A DNA stretch of 64,000 nt. Origin: Macrostomum lignano (Eukaryota). A program made the translations under genes and the position numbers. This document shows, one piece after another, positions 43,737 through 54,562 of this stretch (positions within the stretch are counted from its first letter, which is position 1; each line of letters starts with the position of its first letter). Under the pieces are notes generated by a model. The model was not told the origin of the DNA. It saw only the letters and a list, made by a program, of their open reading frames with translations, and did no database searches. Where the stretch lies: NCBI GenBank assembly GCA_002269645.1, contig NIVC01001238.1:1-64000 (forward strand), in the 5' to 3' direction.

Positions 43737-43886
43737 CAGCCCAGAACTCTGTGGCATTCCCGAAGCCGCGGACGTAGTCATCCCAGCTCCTGTTGAAGGC
43801 GATTTGACCCGTCTGTCTCTGCTGGAACACCCAGAATGTCCGGCCGCCGATCTGCCGCAGGTATCCGAAACTCATGGCCGAAAAAT
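43737..43886 (-). CDS. FReD gene internal exon
   Basis: CTCCAG|(x)AT FSAMSFGYLRQIGGRTFWVFQQRQTGQIAFNRSWDDYVRGFGNATEFWAG|GTGAGC, phase 1 on both sides. Confidence 0.85.
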
Positions 43887-44666
43887 CTGGAGTGGCTGGA
43901 GCAGTGTACATTCTTTTACTTGGGCAGCAAGAAGCAAAAGTGTTCAATCAGCAAATGAAATCGGTGAATTTTTTTCATTTTTAATTTTTGATTTTTAATT
44001 TTTTCAGCCAACTGCATGGGCCAAATTCATGGAATTTGCGGAACTTGCAACAATTAAGTTCCTAGCAACGCAGCGACAGCCACCTCAGCATGAGCGCCAT
44101 CACTTCATACAGGCAACAATGGCTTTTCATCTATCTTCTAGGGGCTGACTGGTACAGGGACTGCTGTTATAATTCAAAATTCTGTAATTGCCTTTCAATC
44201 TCGACAGACAGAAAATCGATTTCAAAATTATCGATAAATAATTGATTTCGATTGCCAAATAATTGAGAAAAACTACGTACTTTGGACTGAGGTTGGTGTT
44301 TAGAAGGGTCACCGTCCCTAGTAAAGGGTTCTTATTCACAGTGAGTCATGATAAAGGCCATGATAAAGGTTGGTGCGCTACCCTCGAAGGGGCGTGGTAC
44401 CCACCCTACCGCTCCACCTGACCGGGCTGGACTCTCAAGGATGGCCCGACCCAGGAAAGGAACAGCTAGCGACCCAGCTACAGTGTGAATGTAGTAAAGT
44501 TGAAAAAAGTGTTTAAAAAACACTGTATGAAAAATGTAATGATAAAACTGCTCACAAAGTACGACGTATTACTCAAAGTAACACTTCAGCTTTATTGCCT
44601 AGTCAATACAATGATGAAATTAACAGAGGCTCAAATTTCATTTCCTATTGTGAGAGAAAGCACAGT

Positions 44667-45113
44667 TCAAGGAGCAGAGCACACCGAATAGCTGGATAGC
44701 AATGAGTTCAATAACTTCCACCCTTCTTCCTGCGGTCTCCGCCCTTCTTCTTGCTGTTTCCGCCATTGTTCCTGCGTCGTCCGCCATTGTTCCTGGGTTG
44801 TCCGCCATTGTTCCTGCGTTGTCCGCCCTTCTTCTTGCTGTTTCCGCCATTGTTCCTGTGTTGTCCGCCATTGTTCCTGTGTTGTCCGCCATTGTTCCTG
44901 TGTTGTCCGCCATTGTTCCAACGGTCTCCGCCCTTGTTCCAGCGGTCTCCGCCCTTGTTCCAGCGGTCTCCGCCCTTGTTCCAGCGGTCTCCGCCCTTGT
45001 TCCAGCGTTGTCCATCCGTCACTGGAGCCATCAGGCAGACTGGAAGCCGCGATGGCGCACAGAAGCACCGCAGTGGCCGCAAGAAGAAGACGCCTGGATG
45101 AGTTTGTCGCCAT
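44667..45113 (-). CDS. Signal-peptide ORF with 7-aa repeats (PLEQGRR/TTQEQWR); its first 91 nt (45023-45113) may instead be FReD exon 1
   Basis: ATG, hydrophobic LLLAATAVLLCAIAASS, and an open frame through about 14 21-bp units. The candidate phase-1 donor TCCA|GTGACG at 45022 matches the phase of the FReD acceptor. Confidence 0.6.
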   Translation of the reverse strand: MATNSSRRLLLAATAVLLCAIAASSLPDGSSDGWTTLEQGRRPLEQGRRPLEQGRRPLEQGRRPLEQWRTTQEQWRTTQEQWRTTQEQWRKQQEEGRTTQEQWRTTQEQWRTTQEQWRKQQEEGRRPQEEGWKLLNSLLSSYSVCSAP

Positions 45114-45286
45114 TCTGTTTGCTTGAAGCAGATTGGTTGGTCAGCTAGCAAAACGCTATTTGGGAGTTTTGGGTAATGAGGTATAGCGCGGTTATTTATG
45201 CGGAATTTAAAGATACGATAGGTTGATTACGCAACCGCCGCGGAAATTCTCCGGCGATTGAAATATAAAAGTTTTCAAATGTGAGG

Positions 45287-45670
45287 AAGGTCAGTGTGAG
45301 GGAGGTCAGAGTGAGGGAGGTCAGTGTGAGGGAGGTCAGTGTGATGGAGGTCAGAGTGAGGGAGGTCAGTGGGAGGGAGGTCAGTGGGAGGGAGGTCAGT
45401 GTGAGGGAGGTCAGTGTGATGGAGGTCAGTGTGAGAGAGGTCAGTGTCATGGAGGTCAGTGGGAGGGAGGTCAGAGGGAGGGAGGTCAGTGGGAGGGAGG
45501 TCAGAGTGAGGAAGGTCAGTGGGAGGGAGGTCAGAGGGAGGGAGGTCAGTGGGAGGGAGGTCAGAGTGAGGAAGGTCAGTGTGAGGGAGGTCAGAGTGAG
45601 GGAGGTCAGTGGGAGGGAGGTCAGAGTGAGGGAGGTCAGTGGGAGGGAGGTCAGAGTGAGGAAGGTCAGT
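45287..45670. repeat. 15-bp minisatellite (GAGGGAGGTCAGAGT), about 25 copies
   Basis: Direct reading. Reverse complement of the 51575-53130 array. Confidence 0.95.
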
Positions 45671-47029
45671 GTTATTCATCCATATCATGTCAGCAATACC
45701 CATGAGTCTAGATTCCTTAGCAACGCCCTTATAAGCATATACTGACACTGCTCATTTTTGACGTATGCAGTGCGAAAAACTGATTTGAGCGAGTTGTTCG
45801 CGTATATTGAAACCTACTTACATTTAGTTAATTGATTTGCAGGAAGTTCTATATCCATGTACAGACTCTTTTTCGCTCCAAGCTTTGCATAAAGTTATAA
45901 GTACATTTTGTCCAACTCGGCAAATTTCTTGTCAATGCCTTTGCCTTGATTGTATTGCAAACATTCTGACTTCAGGTGGTTCCCTGACGTTTCCAAAAGT
46001 TAAAGGCTGGATGATTCACGAATAATTAAGAAATATGGAATATGAATTTGTAACTAATTTACAGTTGAAACTCTTTCGTGTATTTTACAAGATGAATTGT
46101 GTAAATATGAATATGTATCCATGCAAATGTTATGCATTTCGCAAACCAAGAATCAGCACGTGAAGTTGACTGGGCCGCGAATTAGTGTTCTAATGTGCAT
46201 ATGAATGACAACCGATACAATCACGATTGTCTCAACGAATCCATTCATTGTTTCTCTGAATATTCAACTTTTATAACAAAAGCATCAGAAGCATACAAAA
46301 TAGCTTTAAATTATAACAAAACTGATGTCTGCAGTGTACAAATAGAGTGAGTTAATAATTAGTGCATTCAAATCTTATCGCAATTCAGAAATTAATGCGC
46401 AGAGAATTATGGCACATATTATTGATTAATTTTTTGGTCCGTCAACTACTTTTAGTAGTTTATTGGGCTATATAATCGATCAAAGGCGCTAATAGCTATC
46501 TGTATACTGTATAGGAGCTCGTTAGAGTTCATTTGGCAGAGAAAGCGCACTGCGCGGTTCAATTATCACGCGTGGTGTACCTTCCCTGCAGCCTATTTCT
46601 CGTGCAAGTCCTGCACCGCAATCGTACATGTACTTCACAGCATTCTGCTAGTACACTGCAATTCGTGCATCCGGTACAATCGCAATGCAACCGCATTGGT
46701 TCCACACACGCTGGCATCCGGTATACGCCAGCACAACAATTGGTTCCACAGGTATCACAAAGAACAGACTACTCAGAAGTGCCTCTTCTTCGGGCACATT
46801 CTCGGGTAAGCCCTGCTCACCAGATCTCCACACTGGGTCAAGGTCACATCAGGGACTACTCAATAACTAGTTTTTGAGTAGTCCCTGGGTCACTTGCCAC
46901 TCTAAATAGCAAACTGCCTCTCCCTGTATCCTAAGCTAATCCTGACTCACATCGGGATGCTGCAAACAGCACCATCATCATAGCAGCAACAGGCACTCCA
47001 GCCAATCAGAGCAGGCAGCCGAATATCAG

Positions 47030-47251
47030 CTAACTGTGCACCCAGCCAAAGCTCTGTCCAACCCGGATCTTCTGTCCAGCCGTGGCAGCGAATTGAAACT
47101 GTTCGGGCGCCTCAAACACCAGCACGACGGTGCTGCCCAGGTTGAACTGGCCGAACGGCTCGCCTTTGCCGAAGCGCGGATTCGGCTGGAGGCGTCGGTC
47201 AGAAAAGCCGGCCGGCCCGGCCTGTTTGGCGCCGCGGTTGGTTGCCAGCTC
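47030..47251 (-). CDS. pisd: Phosphatidylserine decarboxylase, last exon
   Basis: CCCACAG|ELATN...[21 protein letters not shown]...KIRVGQSFG, containing the LGST autocleavage motif. Stop TAG 47030-47032. Confidence 0.92.
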   Translation of the reverse strand, partial: ELATNRGAKQAGPAGFSDRRLQPNPRFGKGEPFGQFNLGSTVVLVFEAPEQFQFAATAGQKIRVGQSFGWVHS

Positions 47252-48077
47252 CTGTGGGAGCAGAGAAGAGAGTTCTCAGCTACATGGGACTAAGACCTGA
47301 CTGAGTAGCGGATCGCGGTCTCCTAGATCGTCCCATCCGGGATGCTTGTCGGGACGATTTGCAGGGTTAATTAAACCACCCAAAGCACCAAGTGTGCACT
47401 AAGTAACCCGTACAGCAGTCCGACGTCTAGCCGACGTATGACGTCTTTATCAGTGGATGTATAGATAATTGCTGTACGGGTAACGACCACTAGATATTAC
47501 CTCTTTAATTAGAACATTCAAAGTAAAATTATTTGAGTTGACAACTTCGAAATTTACTTAAACTTTGGACCTGTTTGTACGCGTTGAATGATAATTTTTG
47601 ACAGACTTTTTCTACAAAATTTTGTCCTCAAACAAGACTTAATATCTAACAATTGATTAGCAAATGCAAATTTATTTTTTACTGTGGTATCGAAAGTCAC
47701 TATAGGCTACTGAAACCCGACTGTAAATCGATTTTATACTGTTCTAAGGTGCTGAGAAGGTGCTAAAGTGCAGTCGGTTGTCAAGGAGGTGGTACTCAGA
47801 TTCCCTGAAACAGCTAACCTACTGTGAAGTCTGGGTTTGCGTGCCGAAAGGGTGGCCTCTGTATGGCTCTGTTTACTCAATATATTTATTAGTCATTATT
47901 GTGGGGTTGGGGTGCAGCGATGCGCGATTGGTCGAGAATTGGTAAACAAGTTTAGGCGAGAGAATGAGTCATGAATAATAATGTGGGGCAGAGAGTGCAG
48001 CGCACGGCCTACGCCCTACACCTACGTGATGGTATTTAGTATGGCACGGTGAAGGCATCCCTCCCCGCGACTCTTAC

Positions 48078-48455
48078 CGGATCGCAGGCGACGCTGATGG
48101 ACCCGACGCCAGTGGCTCCGACAGCCGTCATGCTGAAGAAGCCGTGGCGCCACTCGCCGACAAAAACCGCCCGCTCGTTCACGCAGAACAGGCCGGCCAC
48201 GCACGCGGCCACGGGCGGCGCCACGGACAGCAAGCGGCCGGGGAAGTGGCGCCTGGCCAGCACCAGCCAGTCGGCCGGTGAGTGAAACCGGTGATAGTCA
48301 CCCGGTGCCAGGTAGATCGTGCAGTGGAACAGCTGCGTACCGGGCAGGCGGCGCAGGCCTTCCAAGTAGGGACCGTCGCTACTCGACGCTTTATGGTTGC
48401 TAGGCAGAGTCTGGTTTTTGTCGAATTCACCAATCGGCTGGGGACCAAGGAAACC
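48078..48455 (-). CDS. pisd: Phosphatidylserine decarboxylase, internal exon
   Basis: GFLGP...LFHCTIYLAPGDYHRFHSPADW...RRHFPG.LLSV...LFCVNER...GEWRHGFFSMTAVGATGVGSI; donor CCG|GTAAGA. Confidence 0.95.
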
Positions 48456-49032
48456 CTGCGGTGGTTGGCAGGTGGTTGGCAGGTGGTTTTGTGGCATTTG
48501 CACTGGCGATTGGAGCTAGAAATGGTCTTTCATAGCTAGTCATGTCCATTCCTACGCCACGCACTCAGACAGGGTGCACAGCGAACCCGACTTTCTAATT
48601 GTCAGACATACATACTGTCGGTGCCTTGGGGGTTGATCCTACGTACAGGTCCCACACTACCCCAATAGGCCTCTTGAAGTTGTCATTGTTAACTGAATTT
48701 CTGGCATCAGAGACCAATCCGTGATCCGTGTTTTAGCATCCGGAAAATCGAGGACGAACCACCTGTTGCACAGTATTGCTCAAACAAACATTAGAGCCAC
48801 ATTCGACTACTAATTAGTAGAAATTAGTTTGATAAAGTCCCGGTTTGGCGAGCCAAAGGGGTGAAACAGTGCCGGTTAACAGCCCTCCCGACCTTCAAAG
48901 ATAAGGGACTTGTAGGCGGGTAGAGAAGGATTAACGAGCACCAGAACTCTTAAAGTGTACATTGAGAACCAGGTGCTTTAAACTACAGAACAGAACGGCA
49001 TTAACAGATATAACAGGCCTGATTCAGCTCAC

Positions 49033-49359
49033 CTGTAAGCTGTAGGTGATGCCCTTCACCTGCTCCAGGTGACCGGCATAAACCCGGCCCAGGCTGAGCA
49101 CCCGGCCGTCGGCGGGGGACACCAGGTCACTCGTCGGGCACACCGGTCGAAGTCCCGGCCGGAGGCTGCGAGAGAAAAACTCGGCCAAGCTGTTGAAATC
49201 CGCCAGGCCCTGACAGTCGGCCTCCGTCAGGTCGCAGCTGCAGAGGCGGCTGTACAGCCGGTAGACTGGGGCGCGGGCCAGCCGGGGCAGCGGGCGGCTG
49301 TGACAGCGGCCCCAGGCGCGGGAGATGAAGTTCAGAGGCAGCGGCAGGCGGCAGTAGGC
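49033..49359 (-). CDS. pisd: Phosphatidylserine decarboxylase, internal exon
   Basis: ISRAWGR...FFSRSLRPGLRP...VSPADGRVL..G....EQVKGITYSLQ|GTGAGC. Confidence 0.93.
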
Positions 49360-49394
49360 CTGAGGGTGGGCAGAGGGGCGGACCAGCTGGCTGA

Positions 49395-50040
49395 GGGAAT
49401 GGCTACGCAACTGGGTGAGGGAGTGGCTACCCAACTGGGTGAGGGAGTGGCTACCCAACTGAGTGAGGGAGTGGCTACCCAACTGAGTGAGGGAGTGGCT
49501 ACCCAACTGGGTGAGGGAGTGGCTACCCAACTGGGTGAGGGAGTGGCTATACCCAACTGGATGAGGGAGTGGCTACCCAACTGGGTGAGGGAGTGGCTAC
49601 CCAACTGAGTGAGGGAGTGGCTACCCAACTGAGTCAGGGAGTGGCTACCCAACTGAGTGAGGGAGTGGCTACCCAACTGAGTGAGGGAGTGGCTACCCAA
49701 CTGGGTGAGGGAGTGGCTACCCAACTGGGTGAGGGAGTGGCTACCCAACTGAGTGAGGGAGTGGCTACCCAACTGGGTGAGGGAGTGGCTACCCAACTGA
49801 GTGAGGGAGTGGCTACCCAACTGGGTGAGGGAGTGGCTACCCAACTGGGTGAGGGAGTGGCTACCCAACTGAGTGAGGGAGTGGCTACCCAACTGGGTGA
49901 GGGAGTGGCTACCCAACTGAGTGAGGGAGTGGCTACCCAACTGAGTGAGGGAGTGGCTACCCAACTGGGTGAGGGAGTGGCTACCCAACTGGGTGAGGGA
50001 GTGGCTACCCAACTGGGTGAGGGAGTGGCTACCCAACTGG
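49395..50040. repeat. 24-bp intronic minisatellite (GAGGGAGTGGCTACCCAACTGGGT), about 27 copies
   Basis: Direct reading. Abuts the PISD acceptor. Confidence 0.96.
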
Positions 50041-51033
50041 CTAGATGAGAGGCAGCTGACTGACCCGTTGATCCATAAAGTGCAAGGTAAGATTGACGCA
50101 AATGAGTGAACTACTTAAAGATCAGTGGAAATTTCTCATACAAATTGTTTGCACTAAAAAGCTGCTGATATCTCTTTGAGTTTGCAGCCCCCCCCCATGC
50201 AGTCCTGGCTGCCCCACCCAGTCTTATCTCTCCGCGATAGCAGCCCGCAATTTATCGGGAAAGTTTACAACATTTTTCAGCATTTCAAAGGTCGGTGGAA
50301 AATTACAGAGTTTCCGGAACCGGTCACGCAACCAGTTGGTGAACCAGTTGGCCGGTTGTTCAAACTGGATTGGCTCAGACAAAGCCTGCAGCTCTGGCCC
50401 CCCAGAGCAAACCAGAATTCGACAAGTCAGCTGAGGTAGATCCGAACTCCAATAGCGACTTAGCAAGGCTGAGAACACAATCTTTTTAAGGCAGGTAAAA
50501 ATTTCAACATTTTTCGCTAGCAGTGAGAGGGTTGAGCGAAGCACCGCCTCGAAGCGAACTTTATGAGCCGAACTTGCCCTCGGATTTCGGCGCTGAGACA
50601 GGCGGCAGACCGCTCGTTTCGCTCGTACTGCCCCCCCACTGACCCCCTCTCGCTGACCCCCTCACTGACCCCCCTCTCACTGACCCCTCTCCCCGACTCC
50701 GCCCTCGCTGACTCTCCTAGCTCGTATTACTGACTCCAGTTCACTGACTCATCATTTATTCAATGGCATCCGTGAGATGAGCTTGGGGGAAATTGCTGAG
50801 ATCTCAAAGGCGAATGAGATTCGCTTATTGGCCGCCCCGAAGGGGGGCACCAGACTGCTGGTCTGTTTTGCTAAATCGGTAATCAATGCATTACATGTAG
50901 ATAACAATGCAACTTAATAATGAGCCACGCTCCATTGTCACCTTGATTGTTAAGAATTTCAACAAAGATTTCAACAAGTATTTCAACAAAGATTTCCTGA
51001 TATATCGATTCTGACACCGGGCTGTTGACTCAC

Positions 51034-51213
51034 CCTGATGAGGCAGGTCCGCAGAGCCATCCAGCTGCCAACAACGGCAGCCAGGAGGTGCAGCAGGGCG
51101 AGCAGCGGCAGCAGCTGCCAGCCCGAGACCGCCGCACCGTCAGAGCAGATGGTGGCAACCACGATGGCGCTGGCAACGAGGGTTCGCTTGCGGCACTGCG
51201 ACAGGCGCATCAT
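51034..51213 (-). CDS. pisd: Putative PISD first exon (basic N-terminus and hydrophobic anchor)
   Basis: MMRLSQCRKR...LLPLLALLHLLAAVV...CLIR ends at the strong phase-0 donor AGG|GTGAGT, in phase with the exon at 49359. The link is inferred. Confidence 0.55.
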
Positions 51214-51574
51214 CCTTAGTTTTATTAAAGTACAATGGGAACTTTCCGAATAAAAACTTTGCCGACGAAGCTTCTGAGCGACTTCAGGTCTCAGTCTCAC
51301 CAGCTTGAGGTTTCTGCCACTCTCACTAATACTAGTTTTGTATGCGATTTTTGTAAACAATTCTTATCTGTTCTGCAGCTGAGCTCGAGGCTGGGGTTGC
51401 CCGAACGCCAAGAGGCTTCATATTGGCTGATCTTCGAATTTGGGTAGTGCTTCAACAGAACTGCGCAGGGACCCAGTTAGGCGCTTAATAGGAGAGTGGT
51501 TTAGCAAGTTCTGCCAAACTCAAGTTACTGTTGCAGACCTGAGCTGGTCTTGCTGACCCCGCGAAACATTTGCA

Positions 51575-53130
51575 ATGACCTCCCTCACACTGACCTCTCT
51601 CACTCTGACCTCCCTCACTCTGACCTCCCTCACTCTGACCTCCCTCACACTGACCTCCCTCACTCTGACCTCCCTCACTCTGACCTCCCTCACTCTGACC
51701 TCCCTCACTCTAACCTCCCTCATTCTGACCTCCCTCACTCTGACCTCCCTCACTCTGACCTCCCTCACTCTGACCTCCCTCACTCTGACCTCCCTCACTC
51801 TAACCTCCCTCATTCTGACCTCCCTCACTCTGACCTCCCTCACTCTGACCTCCCTCACTCTGACCTCCCTCACTCTGACCTCCCTCACTCTGACCTCCCT
51901 CACTCTGACCTCCCTCACTCTGACCTCCCTCACTCTGACCTCCCTCACTCTGACCTCCCTCACTCTGACCTCCCTCATTCTGACCTCCCTTACTCTGACC
52001 TCCCTCACTCTGACCTCCCTCACTCTAACCTCCCTCATTCTGACCTCCCTCACTCTGACCTCCCTCATTCTGACCTCCCTCACTCTGACCTCCCTCACTC
52101 TGACCTCCCTTGCACTGACCTCCTTCACTCTGACCTCCCTCACTCTAACCTCCCTCACTCTGACTTCCCTCACTCTGACCTCCCTCACACTGACCTCTCT
52201 CACTCTGACCTCCCTCACTCTGACCTCCATCACTCTGACCTCCCTCACTCTGACCTCCCTCACTCTGACCTCCCTCACTCTGACCTCCCTCACTCTGACC
52301 TCCCTCACTCTAACCTCCCTCATTCTGACCTCCCTCACTCTGACCTCCCTCATTCTGACCTCCCTCACTCTGACCTCCCTCACTCTGACCTCCCTTGCAC
52401 TGACCTCCTTCACTCTGACCTCCCTCATTCTGACCTCCCTCACTCTGACCTCCCTCACTCTGACCTCCCTCACTCTAACCTCCCTCACTCTGACCTCCCT
52501 CACTCTGACCTCCCTCACACTGACCTCTCTCACTCTGACCTCCCTCACTCTGACCTCCCTCACTCTGACCTCCCTCACTCTGACCTCCCTCACACTGACC
52601 TCCCTCACTCTGACCTCCCTCACTCTGACCTCCCTCACTCTGACCTCCCTCACTCTGACCTCCCTCACTCTGACCTCCATCACTCTGACCTCCCTCACTC
52701 TGACCTCCCTCACTCTGACCTCCCTCACTCTGACCTCCCTCACTCTAACCTCCCTCACTCTGACCTCCCTCACTCTGACCTCCCTCACTCTGACCTCCCT
52801 TGCACTGACCTCCTTCACTCTGACCTCCCTCACTCTGACCTTCCTCACTCTGACCTCCCTCACTCTGACCTCCCTCACTCTGACCTCCCTCACTCTGACC
52901 TCCCTCACTCTGACCTCCCTCACACTGACCTCCCTCACTCTGACCTCCATCACTCTGACCTCCCTCACTCTGACCTCTCTCACTCTGACCTCCCTTGCAC
53001 TGACCTCTCTCACTCTGACCTCCCTCACTCTGACCTCCCTCACTCTGACCTCCCTCATTCTGACCTCCCTCATTTTGACCTCCCTTGCTCTGACCTCCTT
53101 CACTCTGACCTCCCTCACTCTGACCTCCCT
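51575..53130. repeat. 15-bp minisatellite (CACTCTGACCTCCCT), about 100 copies
   Basis: Direct reading. Confidence 0.97.
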
Positions 53131-53494
53131 TAAATTTTAAACTTGAAAAAATTTAAGCTTCAATTGCTGGAAAAATCGTGTGTGATTATTAATAAAGTAA
53201 AAGAAGATTTACACAAACCCTTTTTGTTTCCGTAGCAGATCAGATGTTTTTACTTAAAACTGGCATATCGCGGTACTAATCAAGTGCGGGCCAGACCGAA
53301 ACAAATTAATAAGGTTGGCTATTAGCAGCTTGCACCTGGCAAAATGAAGCCACACCTACTGGTAAATAAGACGAACTGGTAAATTCCAGTTAATTTGAGA
53401 TTTTCTCAGCACATCTGAATGTTCACCTGGCACCAAGGCTCTGTTGCAGGTGCTCGGGGTTGCATAATCAACCTATCGTGTTCTCTTCAAATTC

Positions 53495-53508
53495 CGCATA
53501 AATAACCG
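53495..53508 (+). promoter_or_regulatory. TATA-like element conserved in both duplicated arms
   Basis: AAATTCCGCATAAATAACC lies about 100 nt upstream of ATG 53600. The same motif occurs inverted at about 45190-45208, upstream of ATG 45113. Confidence 0.4.
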
Positions 53509-53599
53509 GTATGCTTCATGGCTCAGAACTCTCAGAACGCCCAGAACTCTCAGATAGCGTTTTGCTAACTGCCAAAACAATCTGCTTCAAGCAAACAGA

Positions 53600-54562
53600 A
53601 TGGCGACAAACTCATCCAGGCGTCTTCTTCTTGCGGCCACTGCGGCGCTTCTGTGCGCCATCGCGGCTTCCAGTCTGCCTGATGGCTCCAGTAACGGCTC
53701 CACGAAGGACGGACAACGCTGGAACAAGGGCGGAGACCGCTGGAACAAGGGCGGAGACCGTTGGAACAAGGGTGGTGACGGCTGGAACAAGGGCGGAGAC
53801 CGCTGGAACAAGGGCGGAGACCGCTGGAACAAGGGCGGAGACCGCTGGAACAAGGGCGGAGACCGCTGGAACAAGGGCGGAGACCGCTGGAACAAGGGCG
53901 GAGACCGCTGGAACAAGGGCGGAGACCGCTGGAACAAGGGCGGAGACCGCTGGAACAAGGGCGGAGACCGCTGGAACAAGGGCGGTGACCGCTGGAACAA
54001 GGGCGGAGACCGCTGGAACAAGGGCGGAGACCGCTGGAACAAGGGCGGAGACCGCTGGAACAAGGGCGGAGACCGTTGGAACAAGGGCGGAGACCGTTGG
54101 AACAAGGGCGGAGACCGTTGGAACAAGGGCGGAGACCGCTGGAACAAGGGCGGTGACCGCTGGAACAAGGGCGGAGACCGCTGGAACAAGGGCGGAGACC
54201 GCTGGAACAAGGGCGGAGACCGTTGGAACAAGGGCGGAGACCGCTGGAACAAGGGCGGAGACCGCTGGAACAAGGGCGGAGACCGTTGGAACAAGGGCGG
54301 AGACCGCTGGAACAAGGGCGGAGACCGCTGGAACAAGGGCGGAGACCGCTGGAAGAAGGGCGGTGACGGCTGGAAGAAGGGCGGAGACCGCTGGAAGAAG
54401 GGCGGTGACGGCTGGAAGAAGGGCGGAGACCGCTGGAACAAGGGCGGTGACGGCTGGAAGAAGGGCGGAGACCGCTGGAACAAGGGCGGTGACGGCTGGA
54501 AGAAGGGCGGAGACCGCTGGAACAAGGGCGGTGACGGCTGGAAGAAGGGGGGAGGTTATTGA
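53600..54562 (+). CDS. Predicted secreted protein: signal peptide plus about 40 (RWNKGGD) repeats; inverted paralog of 44667-45113
   Basis: Near-identical signal peptide MATNSSRRLLLAATAALLCAIAASS, an uninterrupted 320-aa frame, and AATAAA at about 54669. Confidence 0.55.
   Translation: MATNSSRRLLLAATAALLCAIAASSLPDGSSNGSTKDGQRWNKGGDRWNKGGDRWNKGGDGWNKGGDRWNKGGDRWNKGGDRWNKGGDRWNKGGDRWNKGGDRWNKGGDRWNKGGDRWNKGGDRWNKGGDRWNKGGDRWNKGGDRWNKGGDRWNKGGDRWNKGGDRWNKGGDRWNKGGDRWNKGGDRWNKGGDRWNKGGDRWNKGGDRWNKGGDRWNKGGDRWNKGGDRWNKGGDRWNKGGDRWNKGGDRWKKGGDGWKKGGDRWKKGGDGWKKGGDRWNKGGDGWKKGGDRWNKGGDGWKKGGDRWNKGGDGWKKGGGY

Noticed and set aside
51520-53140. 500-aa ORFs (EVRVR, SDLPH, TSLTL)
   Set aside because: Stop-free 15-bp repeat open in several frames, with no signal peptide or splice context.
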